Below, one piece after another: positions 13,008-26,399 of a DNA stretch of 64,000 nt. Every line of letters begins with the position of its first letter. Within the stretch, counting starts at the first letter, position 1. The stretch covers positions 21,015,648 to 21,079,647 of the forward strand of contig NC_092673.1 of the NCBI RefSeq assembly GCF_964355755.1, read 5' to 3'. This DNA comes from Antedon mediterranea (taxonomy: Eukaryota > Animalia > Echinodermata). The position numbers and the translations under genes were made by a program. The notes under the pieces are model-generated. The model did not search any database. It had not been told where the DNA came from and saw only the letters and a list, made by a program, of their open reading frames with translations.

Positions 13008-16000
13008 CTAGCTATGTCTATCTGTGTATGACCGGTTTATTTTAAAACCTTTGGACACTAACCAGGTGTGTATGGAATTGTATGATACAATGATAACGTC
13101 CTGCGACGAGGTATCTGTAGACGGATAAATCCGGTTAATCTTCAACGGCGGCTGAAAACGATTTTCAATGATGTTGGTAACTCTGTTTATACAATCATAC
13201 TTGAATTTGAATTTATTCAACCCTTTCGGTTGTGTTGCACGTCGAATGATCACCCGCACGTTGTAAAAACATGTTCTCTTATGGAACAAACGTTCATGTG
13301 AAAATAGCAACTTCTCAATCGTGAAGTATATCTCGGCACTGGTTGATGTTTCGTGAATTAGCACTTCAAACGGCCTGACTTTGTGCTTGCTAAAATAAAG
13401 ACCGGATCTTGAATCAAAAAGACGTCGAGCAACAGGCCATTTTCTTGTCCCAGCATTCCATAGGACATCTATCAAACAAGACAAGCCTCTGTCATGAATC
13501 AGAATGCAGCGGGATTCCATAGATGGGAAGATTATTTGAATCGCAAGATCTTTATTACCCAAAGCCAGTGCTTCTAATAAAAGACCATTTAAAAGTTCAA
13601 TACTTGCCTTACGGACCACTGTGCCTGCAAGACAATAGAATGTATATTCATTTTTTTCGCCCATTACAGGACGGCAACTATTTTATAATTTATCATGCTT
13701 ATAAACTAAGTCTCATTTAAGGCTTGGGGAGTGGAGTTAAAATAGTTGTGAGTTACAACCCTGGCCATAGGTCAGGATTGAACCCGGATTGGAAGGTAAG
13801 AATGTTAACCACCAAGCTACAGCTCTACTACATTAATTTATATATATATTGTTCAGTGCCAAAAATAATTTGTGTTTGACATTCAAAATAAACAGAAACT
13901 AATTGAACTACAAAGTATCATTCATGAGGACGATCAAAGTATATTTGATCGAAACATCGAGAAACTCGACAGAGCTCAGAGCTATATATATGTGGTGTAC
14001 CGCAAACTTTATATCAACATATTTATTTCGCGATGCAAACCATCAAACAATATACTGTATTACTCCAAAGTATACTTTTTATTATTATTATATTTTATGA
14101 TATTTATTTGTATTTATTATCAAACAGAACTTGGATCACTTTGTATTGTTACTTAAGTGAAAAACAACACAAAAACCTTTAAAAAATTAAACAAAAAATT
14201 ACCGGTCAGCTTTAACGATACTTACTAACTTTGGATGCTTTATCGAATTCGCTAATAAAATCAGCAAATACTTTAATTTGAAAATCAGAATTTTTCGTCA
14301 CATAACCACATATTTCTTGATGTAACACAGGGGAATAACATCCCTCGGGTGACCAGGCCACAAAGAATTCAGCGCACATTCGACCAACATGCGTACCATT
14401 TGGACAATCCTACAAATAAACATTTGGTGATGCATTGTCATTATTTTTATTATTAAAACTTTATTTTCAGGCTAGTCCTGGGTGTCATTCTTCAAGATTA
14501 TGTTTTTATGTAAAAAGTGAAAATATATTACAAATGTACCTACAGTAATTATTATTAAACCCCAAAATACCACAAAATAAAATCAAGTAAATATAGCAGT
14601 TTTTTTAATAGCTTGGCATTTAGTGTTCTATAATTAGAAGAGATTACAATGTTTCAACTCAACAATACATTCAACTACATATTTCAAAGCTCTGTGACAA
14701 TCACATAACAAAACGGCGTGCTAATGATACAGTACCATATCCTTACTTCCGTTTGGTACGATAAAATTGCATTCCTAATTATAAAACTCGTTCCTCAATA
14801 TAAAACTTGTCCTAAATAATAAAACTTGTCATAAATAATCAAACTCGTCCAAAATATTAAAACTCGTCCTAGATATTAAAAACCTAATCTAATAAAATCT
14901 CTCTTAAATAAAAAAAAAATCGTCAGGCATAGAATCGATCCCGCAACCCCTAGGCCATAGCCTCATCACAAACCTACCACGCCACACAGCTGGCTTGCAG
15001 AAAACCATTTCCATGACATACTTGATTAACATCTATGATTACCAAGCGCCCTCTATATTTACCGTAACTTTAGTGTTTAGAAGTATGGATACGGTACCAT
15101 ATCTTTTAGTCATAGCGTAAAAAAATATAGAATCTATGTAATTTTTTATGACCTTTACACAAAACGTGGAACAGGCCGGTGTTTTCCGGTTGGGTCAAAT
15201 ACAAACCCTATGTGCCAAGCTACACAGTCACCACTCGTCTGCGTAAATTGGCCATTAGTACATAATTAAAATTGTGTGATTTTATTTCTATAACGTTACC
15301 CATATAGCATCCACAAGCTCTTTTAAAGTCTGTGGCTCCACAAGTTTCATCATTTCTGGATTTCTAGTTTAAAAAAGCATAGAAAAGTATTACTATGTAA
15401 ATATTGCATATTGTTTATCATATTATGTCACACTCTTTAATAGAGTACAGCTTTGAAATTGTCAAATCATGCAAACTTTACATCCAATTCAAGAACATTT
15501 AAAGATATATAATTAATTAAAAATATGATATTGAATATGCTATTTTAATGTCATAATAGTTATCCACTTTGACCAAAGGTTGGATAAAAAACTGTAATTT
15601 AAAGCTAAAAATAGTCACATTGACTGGAAGCCAATGAGTTTTTGGATGAGATTAACCGGTTAATTTATTGTTTTACAAGTAAACACATTGTTTATTTTTA
15701 CGGAAGTGATTAACTTTATTAAAACTATTCTCAAAAAATTTCATCTGGTTTCAATGGATATTAAATAAATAAATATTAACTTTTAGTTAAACCAGTTGAC
15801 AAGTACTTACTTGCTACGTCATTTGTGTGACCAAGGCTACTGAAAGTAGCTGAAACGTAGCAAGTAAGTACTTGTCAACTGGTTTAACTAAAAGTTAACA
15901 TTTATTTATTTATTAAAACTATTCAAAGTCGTTTTTTTTTTATTAATCTTCATTTTTTTTAATGATGCCAATATATTTGATTAAAACATTTTTTAAAACT

Positions 16001-19000
16001 TCAGTATCTTGTACAAGAAGAAACAGAGTCTCTTGTCACATGGTAGATTAACATCTCTTTTTTCCCTGTATTGTGTGTTAATGTTTTTATATGCATGTGA
16101 TTGTTCTTCAATGATAATTATTTGTTTCATCAAACATTATCAAAACTTCATACATATGCTATCACAATTTTATTAAGATTTCTATCGATACAATTAATAA
16201 TAATGAGGGTACTGTATATTCATTTGTAAAATAAATAAAATCATATACTATATTGTTATTTCATCTATTAATTAAAGTAATTTAAATTGTAGTATATAAA
16301 TAAATTTTTTATGTTGTTAATCAAATGTTTATTTAATAATTGTTGAGGACCTCTTCTGAAACAAGCTTCCCAGCTTAAAGGGTTATCCTCTGCTATACCA
16401 TAAATGTATAATTATTTAGTTTCTGTATGATTTTGTTAATTTTACATTATGTTAGATAAATCATGAATAATACCACCAAACTTACGAGTAAAGATGACTA
16501 TAGCGAGGCATTTAATAAAAAGACAAACTGCCTTAAAATGTAAATGTGACATGTTTCAAGAAACTATTCTCATCATCAGAACAGTAAACAACGCCTAGAG
16601 TGCTTATATACCAGATTCCGCTTTCAAACTTAAGGTCAAGGAAGCCCTCCACATCTCGTGGAGTAAACCTTCCTTGAACAAACAAATCTATAACTTAGGC
16701 GTCGCACTTGCCATATGATTGTTTGTTGCCTACATTCCTTGTTGTTTTATTATGCTAATCACTTATTTACATACAACATGTCCTATTGGTATATAAGCAC
16801 TCTAGGCGTTGTTTACTGTTCTGATGATGAGAATAGTTTCTCGAAACATGTCACAATTACATTTTAAGGCAGTTTGACTTTTTATTAAATGCCTCGCTAT
16901 AGTCATCTTAACATTATAATGTATTGTATTGTGTATTTATAGATAGGCCTAGCAATAAATATTACAAGCAAATTAGGTTGATGTTACCTTTTCAATGAGG
17001 TACTACGATGACTGTAATTTTTATCCAGTACCAATTTTCTCAATAGATGCAGTGCATCCTGGAATACAAGATGTTTTCTCTTCATACCAAATTTTTCGAG
17101 CTGAAATTTTATGAAATAATTAATATTTATCAGTTGAATTGACTGCTCGGAGCTGAGTTAAATAGAACAGTCAATTCTTAAACGAATGAAATATTTTGTC
17201 CATTCAACGATTACAAAACATTCATTTGTTTTATAACATAGCTAATTTTCTTCAAGTTATCCATCGTAAATCATTGACGAATGATGGCAGGGAAGCTAGG
17301 CCATTAAAAAAAAAGTTTAGACTGTAAAATTGTTGTATCAAATGAAATGAAATGAAAACATTTTATTTTCGGTAGGTAAAAAAGTATGCTTATTTTTATT
17401 TTCATTCTTCAAAGGTCTTATATCTGGCAGTCTACACTATCAAACTTTATGTGACAACAAATGTTTGGGCACTTTTTTTTGTCAAAATATTTGGATAATT
17501 CAGACAGAGCTTACAGATATTTGTTGGAGTGAAATCTTGTTCAGTTCTCCATAATGGTGTATCTGTTTTTCCTAAAATGAAGAACTGCTGAGAATCACAA
17601 TAATGTACCTTAATCTTACCTGTTTAAGTAGTTCAAAAATGCTTTGACTGTCAAAATCATAATACAACTTGTGCAGTATTTGACCCACTACATATTCTTT
17701 AGGCTGCGTAAAAAAAGAAAACAATTAATAGTGTATCAATATGGGAAAAAATTAATAAAATAAATTAGCATCAAAGTGAAAATAGGGTCCTAGTGTGAAG
17801 TACATTATATCATTCTATACAACACCTAAATAAATTCCTGTCATTTGATTGGACGATCGTGGGTAACATGGCATGCAATAGTATGTACTATATAACGATC
17901 ATGTAATAGTACTATATTTCCATTTTGTTGTGTACCAAAAAAATATTTTCTCGCATATGGAAAAAAAATCTGCATGAAATCCTATAGCGGTACCGTCTGT
18001 TGTTCTGCAAACGTAAGAAGTGACATGCGCATGACGCGATCTATCCTTCACAACAAGATTAGATCCACGGCAAAAAATCTAGATGTTATATATAAAACAA
18101 ATAATGAATTATTTTATATTCATGCAATGGAACAAACAATTTCATCTTTCAACTCATAAAAATTATTTGTACCATTGCACTCATTCATTCATTATTTGTA
18201 TAATAATAATTACCCTTAGTCTATTTTGCAGAAGCCTACAAACAACCCGTTTTGCTGTTTCCCACTGAGATGTGGCCAATAGCCCAGATAGTAATTGGTC
18301 GAGTATATCCATGGAAACAAAACCATTCAATTGAAACTGCATCTGATCAAAAATTATCATTGCTCTGAAAAAAATAAACATGTTCCTAATAATAAAACTT
18401 GTTTGTATCGTAAACCTTTATCTAGACACTCGAAAATACAAGGCTAAACAAAACATTTTTTTAGGGTTCTAAATCCAGAAGTTTTTCTCCCAAAGTAGGT
18501 TTTGCCAGCAAGATTTGTTGAACTAAATTGGCTCCAACCGGTATTAAAATGGTAAAAGAAAATTATACATAAATAAACAATTTATCTAGTAGTGGTAGGA
18601 GCAATGAAGGCTATTTGTCAAGTGGATAGAAAAAGTACTTTTTTTTTTTCTTAGGCTCTGTCTACACTATCAAACTTTATGTGACAAAAAAATGTGATGT
18701 GCCCATAAATGGACATGATGTCATATCATTACCATATTTATATATTATATTTGGGCACATCACCCTTTTTTGTCAAACTAGTTTGATAGTGTAGACAGAG
18801 CTTTACATAGTACATCAATAATTCGATACTAGAATTTCTATATTGGGACAACAATGACTACCTTTAAAAATCATGTGATCTCCCCAGAATGATTTGGAAT
18901 AAACTTACCTTTTAGTGTCGTTGATGTCGCATAAAAGCTTGATAAGTTGTAAACAAAGAGCTTGAAGATCATAAGTTATAATAAACCTTAGTTTTGATAG

Positions 19001-22000
19001 AATTTCCGTCACCATCTTCAAAATCATATATAAAAAAAAACGTGTTAAAACAAAGTAGTACGCTTTTCAAAATATACCAAAAATAAACATATTAAATTAT
19101 AATAACTTTGAAGACAGTGTGATTTTTATGAAATTCGTACCGCAAATATCACGGACCAATTGAGCTCCGATCACCAGTGGTGGATCCAGAATTTTGAAAT
19201 AATGGGGGTCCAAGGCATATGGTGAAATGAAGAGCTTAATTTGATGTTCTATCTTTTGCATTACAATTTGGGAAATTTTGTAGATTTATAAATTTATTTA
19301 TTAATTTAGGAACCTACCCATGCTCTCGATTTTTTCGTAGATAAGTTGGGGACCCTTCATGTGAAAGATAGCCGAAATACTTCCTAAATATAACTAAACG
19401 TAACTCTCTAAATAATCTCTATCTTACTATAAAGTAAAAAGAAGTTGCTCATAAGATTTGAACCCCATACATCAACATGTAGAGTCCATAGTCTAATCCA
19501 CTCGACTACAAAGACGGCTCGCAGAAAGCGTTTGCAGTAGAGAATGGTAGTTAGCTCAATTCTTACGTCATACCTTATGGATATGACTAATGAATATTCA
19601 TTTTTATTTTGACGTTTCATGAGGGGTCTCCAACCCATGTATGAAAAGAAATATCACTGCCTGCTTACCTGCCAAGCATCATCTGATTTCATTAAACATC
19701 CATTTTTTGCCATATCTTCAAGACATTTGATGTTTATTTCTTGATACAAACCATGACGAACAATCTCCCTCCATGCCTCTACCAACATACCCTTGTTAAC
19801 TAGGTTTAGAATTAAACGACGTGCCCCTACAATAACTCGACGGTTTGAATACAGAACATGCTAAATTAACAAATAGAATGCAAATACAAGATAGTCAATG
19901 ATTATACTATTGTCAGATTACAAAGGCTGGTTGCTGTAGGGGTGCGAAAATTGTAAATGTAGAACTGACTACCCCCTGGATTAGCAGCCAAGGGTGTCCC
20001 GTTGATTGAAACAAATATACTATAAAATGAAAACCTTACTTTAATATATTCTTCTCTTGGAGACACAACATTCCTCATACATTCTCTCTGAGGATATGAC
20101 AGAGGAAGTTTCGGATTCCTCAGCTGCACACACAATTCTGATGCTTTACAGCATTTCTCTAACATATACTTTCCTGGATATGTATACGAATAGTAATCTG
20201 GGAATGCATGGCGTGGAGTGTAATTCAGTAGTGGATATTTGACGTCATTACTTGACAAAGCATAACCAACAGTTTTAACTGGTTGTGAGCCAAGATGTTT
20301 TGCTTGAATGTCAATGACTCTCCTTGCACGTGACGTCTGGTTTTGAAGTGTCACCGCTTGTTTGGTTTGAGCGCTTTCCTGTCGTGTAAGCGAACTTGCA
20401 GCTGCTGAAGCAGAATCTGTGTGACTGGTTTGTTTTTGGGTTGGCTCATTTAGGTTTTTAACATTCCTATCACTGTTTGTATCAAGGCTAGACTTCTTTT
20501 TCGCAATATTCTCCCTAAAAAAATAAAGTTTAGTTAAATATTTTAGATGCTTAGAATTTAGTGAACATATTTTTAAAATTTAGAAGAATTTTAAAAATAA
20601 AGAAGATATACATATAACCATTATTTTATACTAATATTCTTAAGTAATATTGTTCAATGTACAACATAAAAATACCCTCACCGTTGAGCTGATTTTTCAT
20701 CATTATCGGATGAAAAGAAATCACTGGAGTCACAGTACAGTGACAGCCTATCACAGTCTTCACTATCTCTGTCATTTTGTTTCTTACATGCAGGACTTTG
20801 ACATACACTTTCACCAACTGATTCGGTTTTGTCTGTATCCTTGCCATTCTCAGTACCATCAGAATCACTACTGGCACTACCATCATTATCATTTTCATCA
20901 TCTTCATTTAAGATTACTGTTTCTTCAGTTGGTTCATTATCACTTTCCTCTGAACTATAATCTTGCAAAAGAAAAAGACTGTAAAGTTTACATGGAGATG
21001 TCAAAAATTTGGATGTGAAAGAGTCTTCATTTACTGTCACGGAATCACTTTCATTGTCATTATTCTTGTCAACAGTTTGGGATGTTTCATCTGTCTTTAC
21101 ATATTTCTGAATATCTCCAGAGTCTTCTAATGTACACAGATTATCTACTGGATTGCAGTCCCTTGGACCAATTTCTTCTAGTACAGTTTTATCTTCTCGT
21201 GCTTCTTCATATATGGAGTTATCTATAACTTTCTTTCTAGTGTAATTTTCGTGAACATTATTTTCCAAATCACAAGATTCAATGTTGACGTTCATGCAAA
21301 CACTATCCTGGTCTTTCATGATATCTTGATTGATTTCACTGTAAACATAACCATCTTGGTTAACTTGGTTTTCGTCTAAAGCAATTGTTGTTTCATCAAA
21401 AGAACATTCTTCTAAATCCAGTTTTTGACAATCTGTATTCTTTGGAACATCATTCTTTTTGATAGAATTATTTGTTGTATGTTCAAATAAAGCGTCTTGG
21501 TAGAAGTTTTGTTTCTTTGTTTCATCAATTTCACAGTCAATATTCTTTCCATTTCGCCTGCTATCAATGTTTTCTACTGTTCCACAGGTTTCTTCGTTAT
21601 CTAATGTTAGGAACTGAACTTCTTCACTGTGTGGTTCAGTTTTACCATCAACATCATCAAGAATGTACATATCAGAAGGACAGATGATGATGTTGGTGAC
21701 AAGAACATTTTCTAATCCATCATACATCTGTTGATCTCGAACCAAAGTAGAATCTCTCTCATGAATATTATTACAATCTTCAGTTGTCTCATTCAGATGT
21801 TCTAGTTTGTCCACCTCACCTTCTTCTGGATATATTTGACAGGAATATTCACGATCACAAAATCCAGTCTCGACACATTCTTTGAATGTTTCTGTGTTCA
21901 ACAAGCTATTAAAATCATCATTATTTAATGATCCAATGTCAAAAGTGCTGTCTTCTAAAATTTCCTCATTTTGAGATGGTTCACCACTTTCCATAATACT

Positions 22001-23590
22001 GTTTGGAGGTTCTTGGTTCTGTAAATAAGTTATACATTCTGGAAGTAACATTTCCACATCTCCACATGAACTGTTAGTTTCTATAACCACATTATCAGAA
22101 CTATCATCTCGTGACAGATATTCCTGTTTGTTTTGCACCATAAAATCTGAAATTCGTACACTACAGTTTGAAATATCATCGGTTTTGACATACATATCTA
22201 GCATCAAGTTTTCTACAGCAGATTCATCTTCAGTCTTGACATTTGCTGTTTTAACATTTCTTTTTCTTTGTGAAATTTTTCTCTTCTTGGGAAGTTTTGA
22301 CTTTTCTTCTGTTGTAAGCTGATCTTGGCTGATGTGTTGGTCTGCTACATTGTTAGCATGGCTTTGCCTCGATTTGTAGGCGAGTCTTAGTTTCCTTCTT
22401 TTCGAAACTTTCTTCCGAGTGACATTAACAAGATTAACTGGATTCTGCATGTTACAATCTTCAGTCACTCGAGATTCAAAGGGCTGATGATCAGATCCTC
22501 CTCCAGATATTTGTTGAAATTCAAGCGGCTGATTACAACCAATTTCAGAGACTTGTTGAGATTCAAGAGGCTGATGACATCTAACTTCAGAGACTTGTTG
22601 AGAATCAATGGACTGATTAGATCCTTCTTCAGAATTGTGCCTTTTCCTACTTTTTACTGAAGGTGGGTGTGGTGTTAACTTCCCATTACTTCCTTTTTTT
22701 TGCAGGCAAAGCTTTAAATCAGAGTTTTGGGTCTCTTTGCTGGCAACCATCCAACAGTCACCAATCATTTTTTGGGAACTAACATTGCCTAATATGGTAG
22801 AGACTGTTGAACTTTTTTTCAGAGATGTTGCTGGTTGTTTTATTTTGACTGAAGTACTAGTATTGTCTTTTCGTCTCTGCTGGATTACATGCTTTGTATC
22901 CTTTTTGTCAAAAGTTGTTGATGCAACTGGTGTCTTCCTTCTTTTCGCTTTAAAACGACCATTTTTATGTCTTCTTATTATGCCATCTAGTTTTTTAACA
23001 TTTTTATCAACAGAGTTTTTCTTCTTACGAGTTGATAAATCTGTTGTTTTCATTCTTTTTGCTGGAGGTCTACCAATACTATTCGTTATCATTACGCCAT
23101 CTCGTTTTGTAACATTTTTATCAACAGAGTTTTTCTTCTTAGGAGTTGATAAATCTGTTGTTTTCATTCTTTTTGCTGGAGGTCTACCAATACTATTCGT
23201 TATCATTATGCCATCTCGTTTTGTAACATTTTTATCAACAGAGTGTTTCTTCTTACCAGTTGAAAAATATGTTGTTTTCGTTTTTTTTGCTGAAGGTCTA
23301 CCATTACTTTTTTTAAACATTACGCTATCAGGTTTTGTGCCATCTTTATCAACAATTTTTTTTTTCTCACTAGATGATACATCTGTTGTTTTCCTTCCTT
23401 TCGCTCCATGTTTACCAACACTATTTTTTATCGTTACAGGTTTTGTATCAACAGTGTTTTTCTTCTTACTAGTAGATGCATCTGTTGTCTTCTCTGCTTT
23501 CTTTACTAGAATTCTACTACTACTTCGTCTCAGGATTACTTTGCTTGACTTACTGTTATTTTCAACCACTTTTTTTGTGTTAATTTTCAT
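13008..23590 (-). CDS. TOPAZ1: TOPAZ1-like protein, ~1631 aa
   Basis: Ten phase-consistent exons: 23590-20682, 20514-20040, 19860-19669, 19015-18909, 18364-18214, 17703-17620, 17100-16988, 15363-15300, 14409-14226, 13624-13008 (4896 nt). Very large low-complexity first coding exon and helical middle region. The C-terminus (WPVARRLF...STSAEIYFTIE...VRVIIRR...PPLKI...QDVIIVSYNSIHTWL) resembles vertebrate TOPAZ1 as I recall it. Gene model is strong; the name is moderately supported. Confidence 0.68.
13690..13828 (-). mobile_element. Short tRNA-derived SINE
   Basis: TAGCTTGGTGGTTAA and GGTTCAATCC boxes; body actccactccccaagccttaaatgagacttagtttat matches the plus-strand copy at ~41185-41330. Confidence 0.6.
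14780..14900. repeat. ~19-20 bp tandem repeat (ATAAAACTCGTCCTAAATA-like)
   Basis: About six diverged copies of aaaact(c/t)gtc. Confidence 0.8.
15764..15912 (+). mobile_element. Long inverted repeat; probable Penelope terminus with a degenerate hammerhead
   Basis: ~55-bp near-perfect arms (15764-15818 and 15855-15912). Spacer reads TGACCAA-GGCTAC-tgaaa-GTAGCT-GAAACGTA. Confidence 0.6.
16491..16909 (+). mobile_element. 5'-truncated Penelope-like element with inverted pLTR
   Basis: 16611-16717 encodes DSAFKLKVKEALHISWSKPSLNKQIY (GIY-YIG endonuclease C-terminus). 16491-16612 is the inverted copy of 16788-16909. Confidence 0.85.
16815..16856 (+). ncRNA. Minimal type I hammerhead ribozyme motif (Penelope-associated)
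   Basis: CTGATGA-T-GAGA(atagtt)TCTC-GAAA-CATG-TC-ACA. Palindromic stem III ACATGT; stem I pairing is imperfect. Confidence 0.7.
17805..18200. mobile_element. Interspersed repeat, possibly a non-autonomous Crypton-like element
   Basis: Shares TTTGATTGG and TGTTATA..AAACAAATAA.GAA blocks with ~43915-44262; no long TIR. Family assignment is from memory. Confidence 0.4.
18654..18802. mobile_element. MITE family A (~130-160 bp, TIR AGCTCTGTCTACACTATCAAAC, TTA/TAA TSD; PIF/Harbinger-like)
   Basis: Representative copy. Other full or partial copies at ~9916-10040, 17428-17512, 27665-27790, 32061-32221, 36486-36621, 36990-37131, 59995-60070, 60992-61110, 61115-61255. Confidence 0.85.
22930..23500 (-). 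repeat. Coding tandem repeat, 114-bp / 38-aa Lys-rich unit, ~5-6 copies
   Basis: Anchors (t/c)gccatct at 22981, 23095 and 23209, spaced 114 bp. Unit is approximately KKKNSVDKNVTKRDGVMITNSIGRPPAKRMKTTDLSTR. Confidence 0.9.
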
Positions 23591-24023
23591 TATGAATTAC
23601 TACTGTGACTGACATCTATTCCATCATAAATTTAGCTGAGGGAAAATATTACAAAAGAGAAAAAAAAAAGAGAACAAAAAATGAAATAAAAATGTACCTT
23701 ATTCAAAAGTAGGACATCATTTGAAGAAAGGCGTTTTGGTTCACTGACTGATTTCAGAATGAGAGTTGTTTTGGGTATGAATTTGTATTTGTACTTACAG
23801 TTTATGTGTACTTATTAACAATTGTATTGTGTGGATTTATAATTGAAATTACTGTAGAAAATGATGACAATGGCTGGTTGTTTTGTTTTATTAATACATT
23901 TAAATAGCTCTTTGAAATTGAAGAAATAGTATAATATTCTACATAAATGGAGATAGAATTGACCATATGAATGTCATGTTAGATTCACATGAATAATTTT
24001 GATTATTTGAATAGAAAACAAAG

Positions 24024-24712
24024 AGTTTTACAGTAGATAGTAAGGGAGGTATAAAAATGAATACAATTATAAAATCCGACAAACCTTTTTGATAGAACAA
24101 TGCCTTCCTTTGCAAGGTTGTAATGGTTTATTTGAATAAATAAATAAAAAGATTGAATTCCTGATTAACGGAAATAAACCATATTTTTTTTTTATTACGG
24201 TACATTTTTTATTTATTTTATGTATTAGAAATACTGTACTTTTGTTATTTATATTAGCATACGGATAGTTTATGACCTACATGTAGTTATAGCTATTTTA
24301 GCGTTTATAGAACTGACATCCAGCAAAAAGGTAGTAGTAGGTAGTATGGTCAGACTTTAATAATTAATAAAGATTTACTTCTACTGTTTGTATTAAAAAA
24401 TGTTACGGTTTCAGCCTTCCAGCTATTTGTGGCATTGTTCGTCTTTTTTTGACAATAAATATACCAGAAATATTTCATGAGTGTGCTTTGGTGTTGATAT
24501 TGTGTGCTAAAATCATTCTGTGACCATGAATTTGTAATATACAGCAGTTGAATCAAGTTACACTGTTGATATCAAAATTACAATATATTGACAGAGCATG
24601 ATCGACCCTCATTTGTTAATAGAAAATGAAAAGTTTTACAGTAGATAAGGGAGGTATAAAAATTAATTAAATTATTAATTCGATAGAACAAAGCCTTCTT
24701 TGCAAGGTTGTA
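24024..24712. repeat. Dispersed direct duplication of ~80-95 bp
   Basis: gttttacagtagata..agggaggtataaaaat..gatagaacaa.gccttc.ttgcaaggttgta at ~24025 and ~24633. Confidence 0.8.
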
Positions 24713-26399
24713 TGTTGTGTGTTAAATAGGATTATTAGTTATTAGTACTGTATTAAATTGTATAGTTGAATGAATGAATGAAAGAATGAATAAATGAATA
24801 AATGAATATTAAAATTATTTTAACTTGTTTGAATTAACATGGAGTACGGTTTTTTTAAACTGGAACAAAGGCATTATTAGACAGTAATTGCATAGCCATA
24901 ACATCGGCAAAAGCTCGATGCTCACTCTATACATGGTTCTGGTGGTAGAACAAGTCTCCTTGGATAAGGACTATAAAACTAGCTCATGTGCAAATAACCT
25001 AGTAAACCGATACCCAACTCCTTTCTAAGCGATATACAAGAATTGCATGCATGGTGTGCCCATAACCACAACACCATGGTTATTTTAAAATAAGTTGAGT
25101 GTCTAAATATTACACGCCGCATGCTATCATTTAAAAAACAAATTTACACACAAGATGGTTGGTGTGCCTATTTTAGAGAGGCGACCGGCCCGGGGGTCAT
25201 TTGCATACAAAACAAACAGCCGGTAGGGGTGCAGCAGTCACTTTGAGACATGAGGCACTTGCGTTACCTGTTTTATAAAAATACTACGGACTTGAACTGC
25301 AAGGTGCAATATTTGTACTACCTCCAGACTAAGGGGAACCCTTCGCGACAGAGTTTGCGATAACACTGAACACTGGTGGCTAGTTTTTATTGAATTACCA
25401 GGCCCACGGAAATTTACCCTGTAAATGCGGCACCTACCCACATGTATAGAAATATTTAAGAATCACACCCCCACCCCTCCCCCGGGGCGACTAGCTGAAC
25501 TTCAATTGGCTTAAGTCACCAACATTCAATAGCTTCTCATCCACTTTAATAATAAATTAAAAATAGTTAGGGTCTAATAGGGCCAGGCTAAGTAAGGTAA
25601 GCAGGATTGTTAATTTAGACCTGTTTTGTGGTAACCGTGTGTTGAATATTCGACGTGTTGACTTTTCTCGCCCAGGGCCAGGCCTCTAATAATATTAACC
25701 AGTATAATTATAATACATATGATATTATAGCCTACCATACAGGCTCAAATACAGACAAACTTCACGTACTACTGTTTAGTTTCAATCTCCATTCATGTAC
25801 GCTACCTTAAACAGAGTAGTTAGGCCTACCTATCTAGTTTTTCTATTCGCATTCCTTCGTTAGCTAAATTAAAACTCGCGGAACACATGTAGCGCTAGCT
25901 GCGTACACAAATACAAAAACACATGTGGTGAAATGAAATGCTGCCACCACACGTTTTGAGAAAATGGTGGCGCACACCTTGGTTTGATGTTTACGTTAGT
26001 TACAAAAAAAAAAGTAGGGCCTAGGGCCTACATCAAGTAAACAAAGTGTTCAGAAGTCGAATATAATATTGTTTTTCTGATTTTTTTTTATGAAGGAAGG
26101 GACATTAATTGAATTATACATATACATTCTACTTTTGAATGTGACTTATCTCTTGAGTCGTATTGTACCTAGGCCTAATAACCGTCCATCACAATGTCAA
26201 TGGTGGAGTAGGCTAGGCCTACATTTATAGTTTAGAGAGGCGAGTTAGAGTGGCTCATCCACTGGACGATTTATACTTTGCTATCCAGATACTATTAACC
26301 TTGGGCTAAATTTTTTTTAAATTGAATTATGTTCAATGGCATCACTTACTAACTAGGTAGTACTCTTTACTTGACAAATTTTAATTTTCGTCTATAAAT

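Noticed and set aside
13008-13664. Stand-alone 218-aa intronless gene
   Set aside because: An acceptor at 13625 joins in phase with upstream exons; it is the terminal exon of the TOPAZ1-like gene.
22635-23612. 325-aa hydrophobic ORF on the + strand
   Set aside because: Antisense shadow of the Lys-rich TOPAZ1-like exon.
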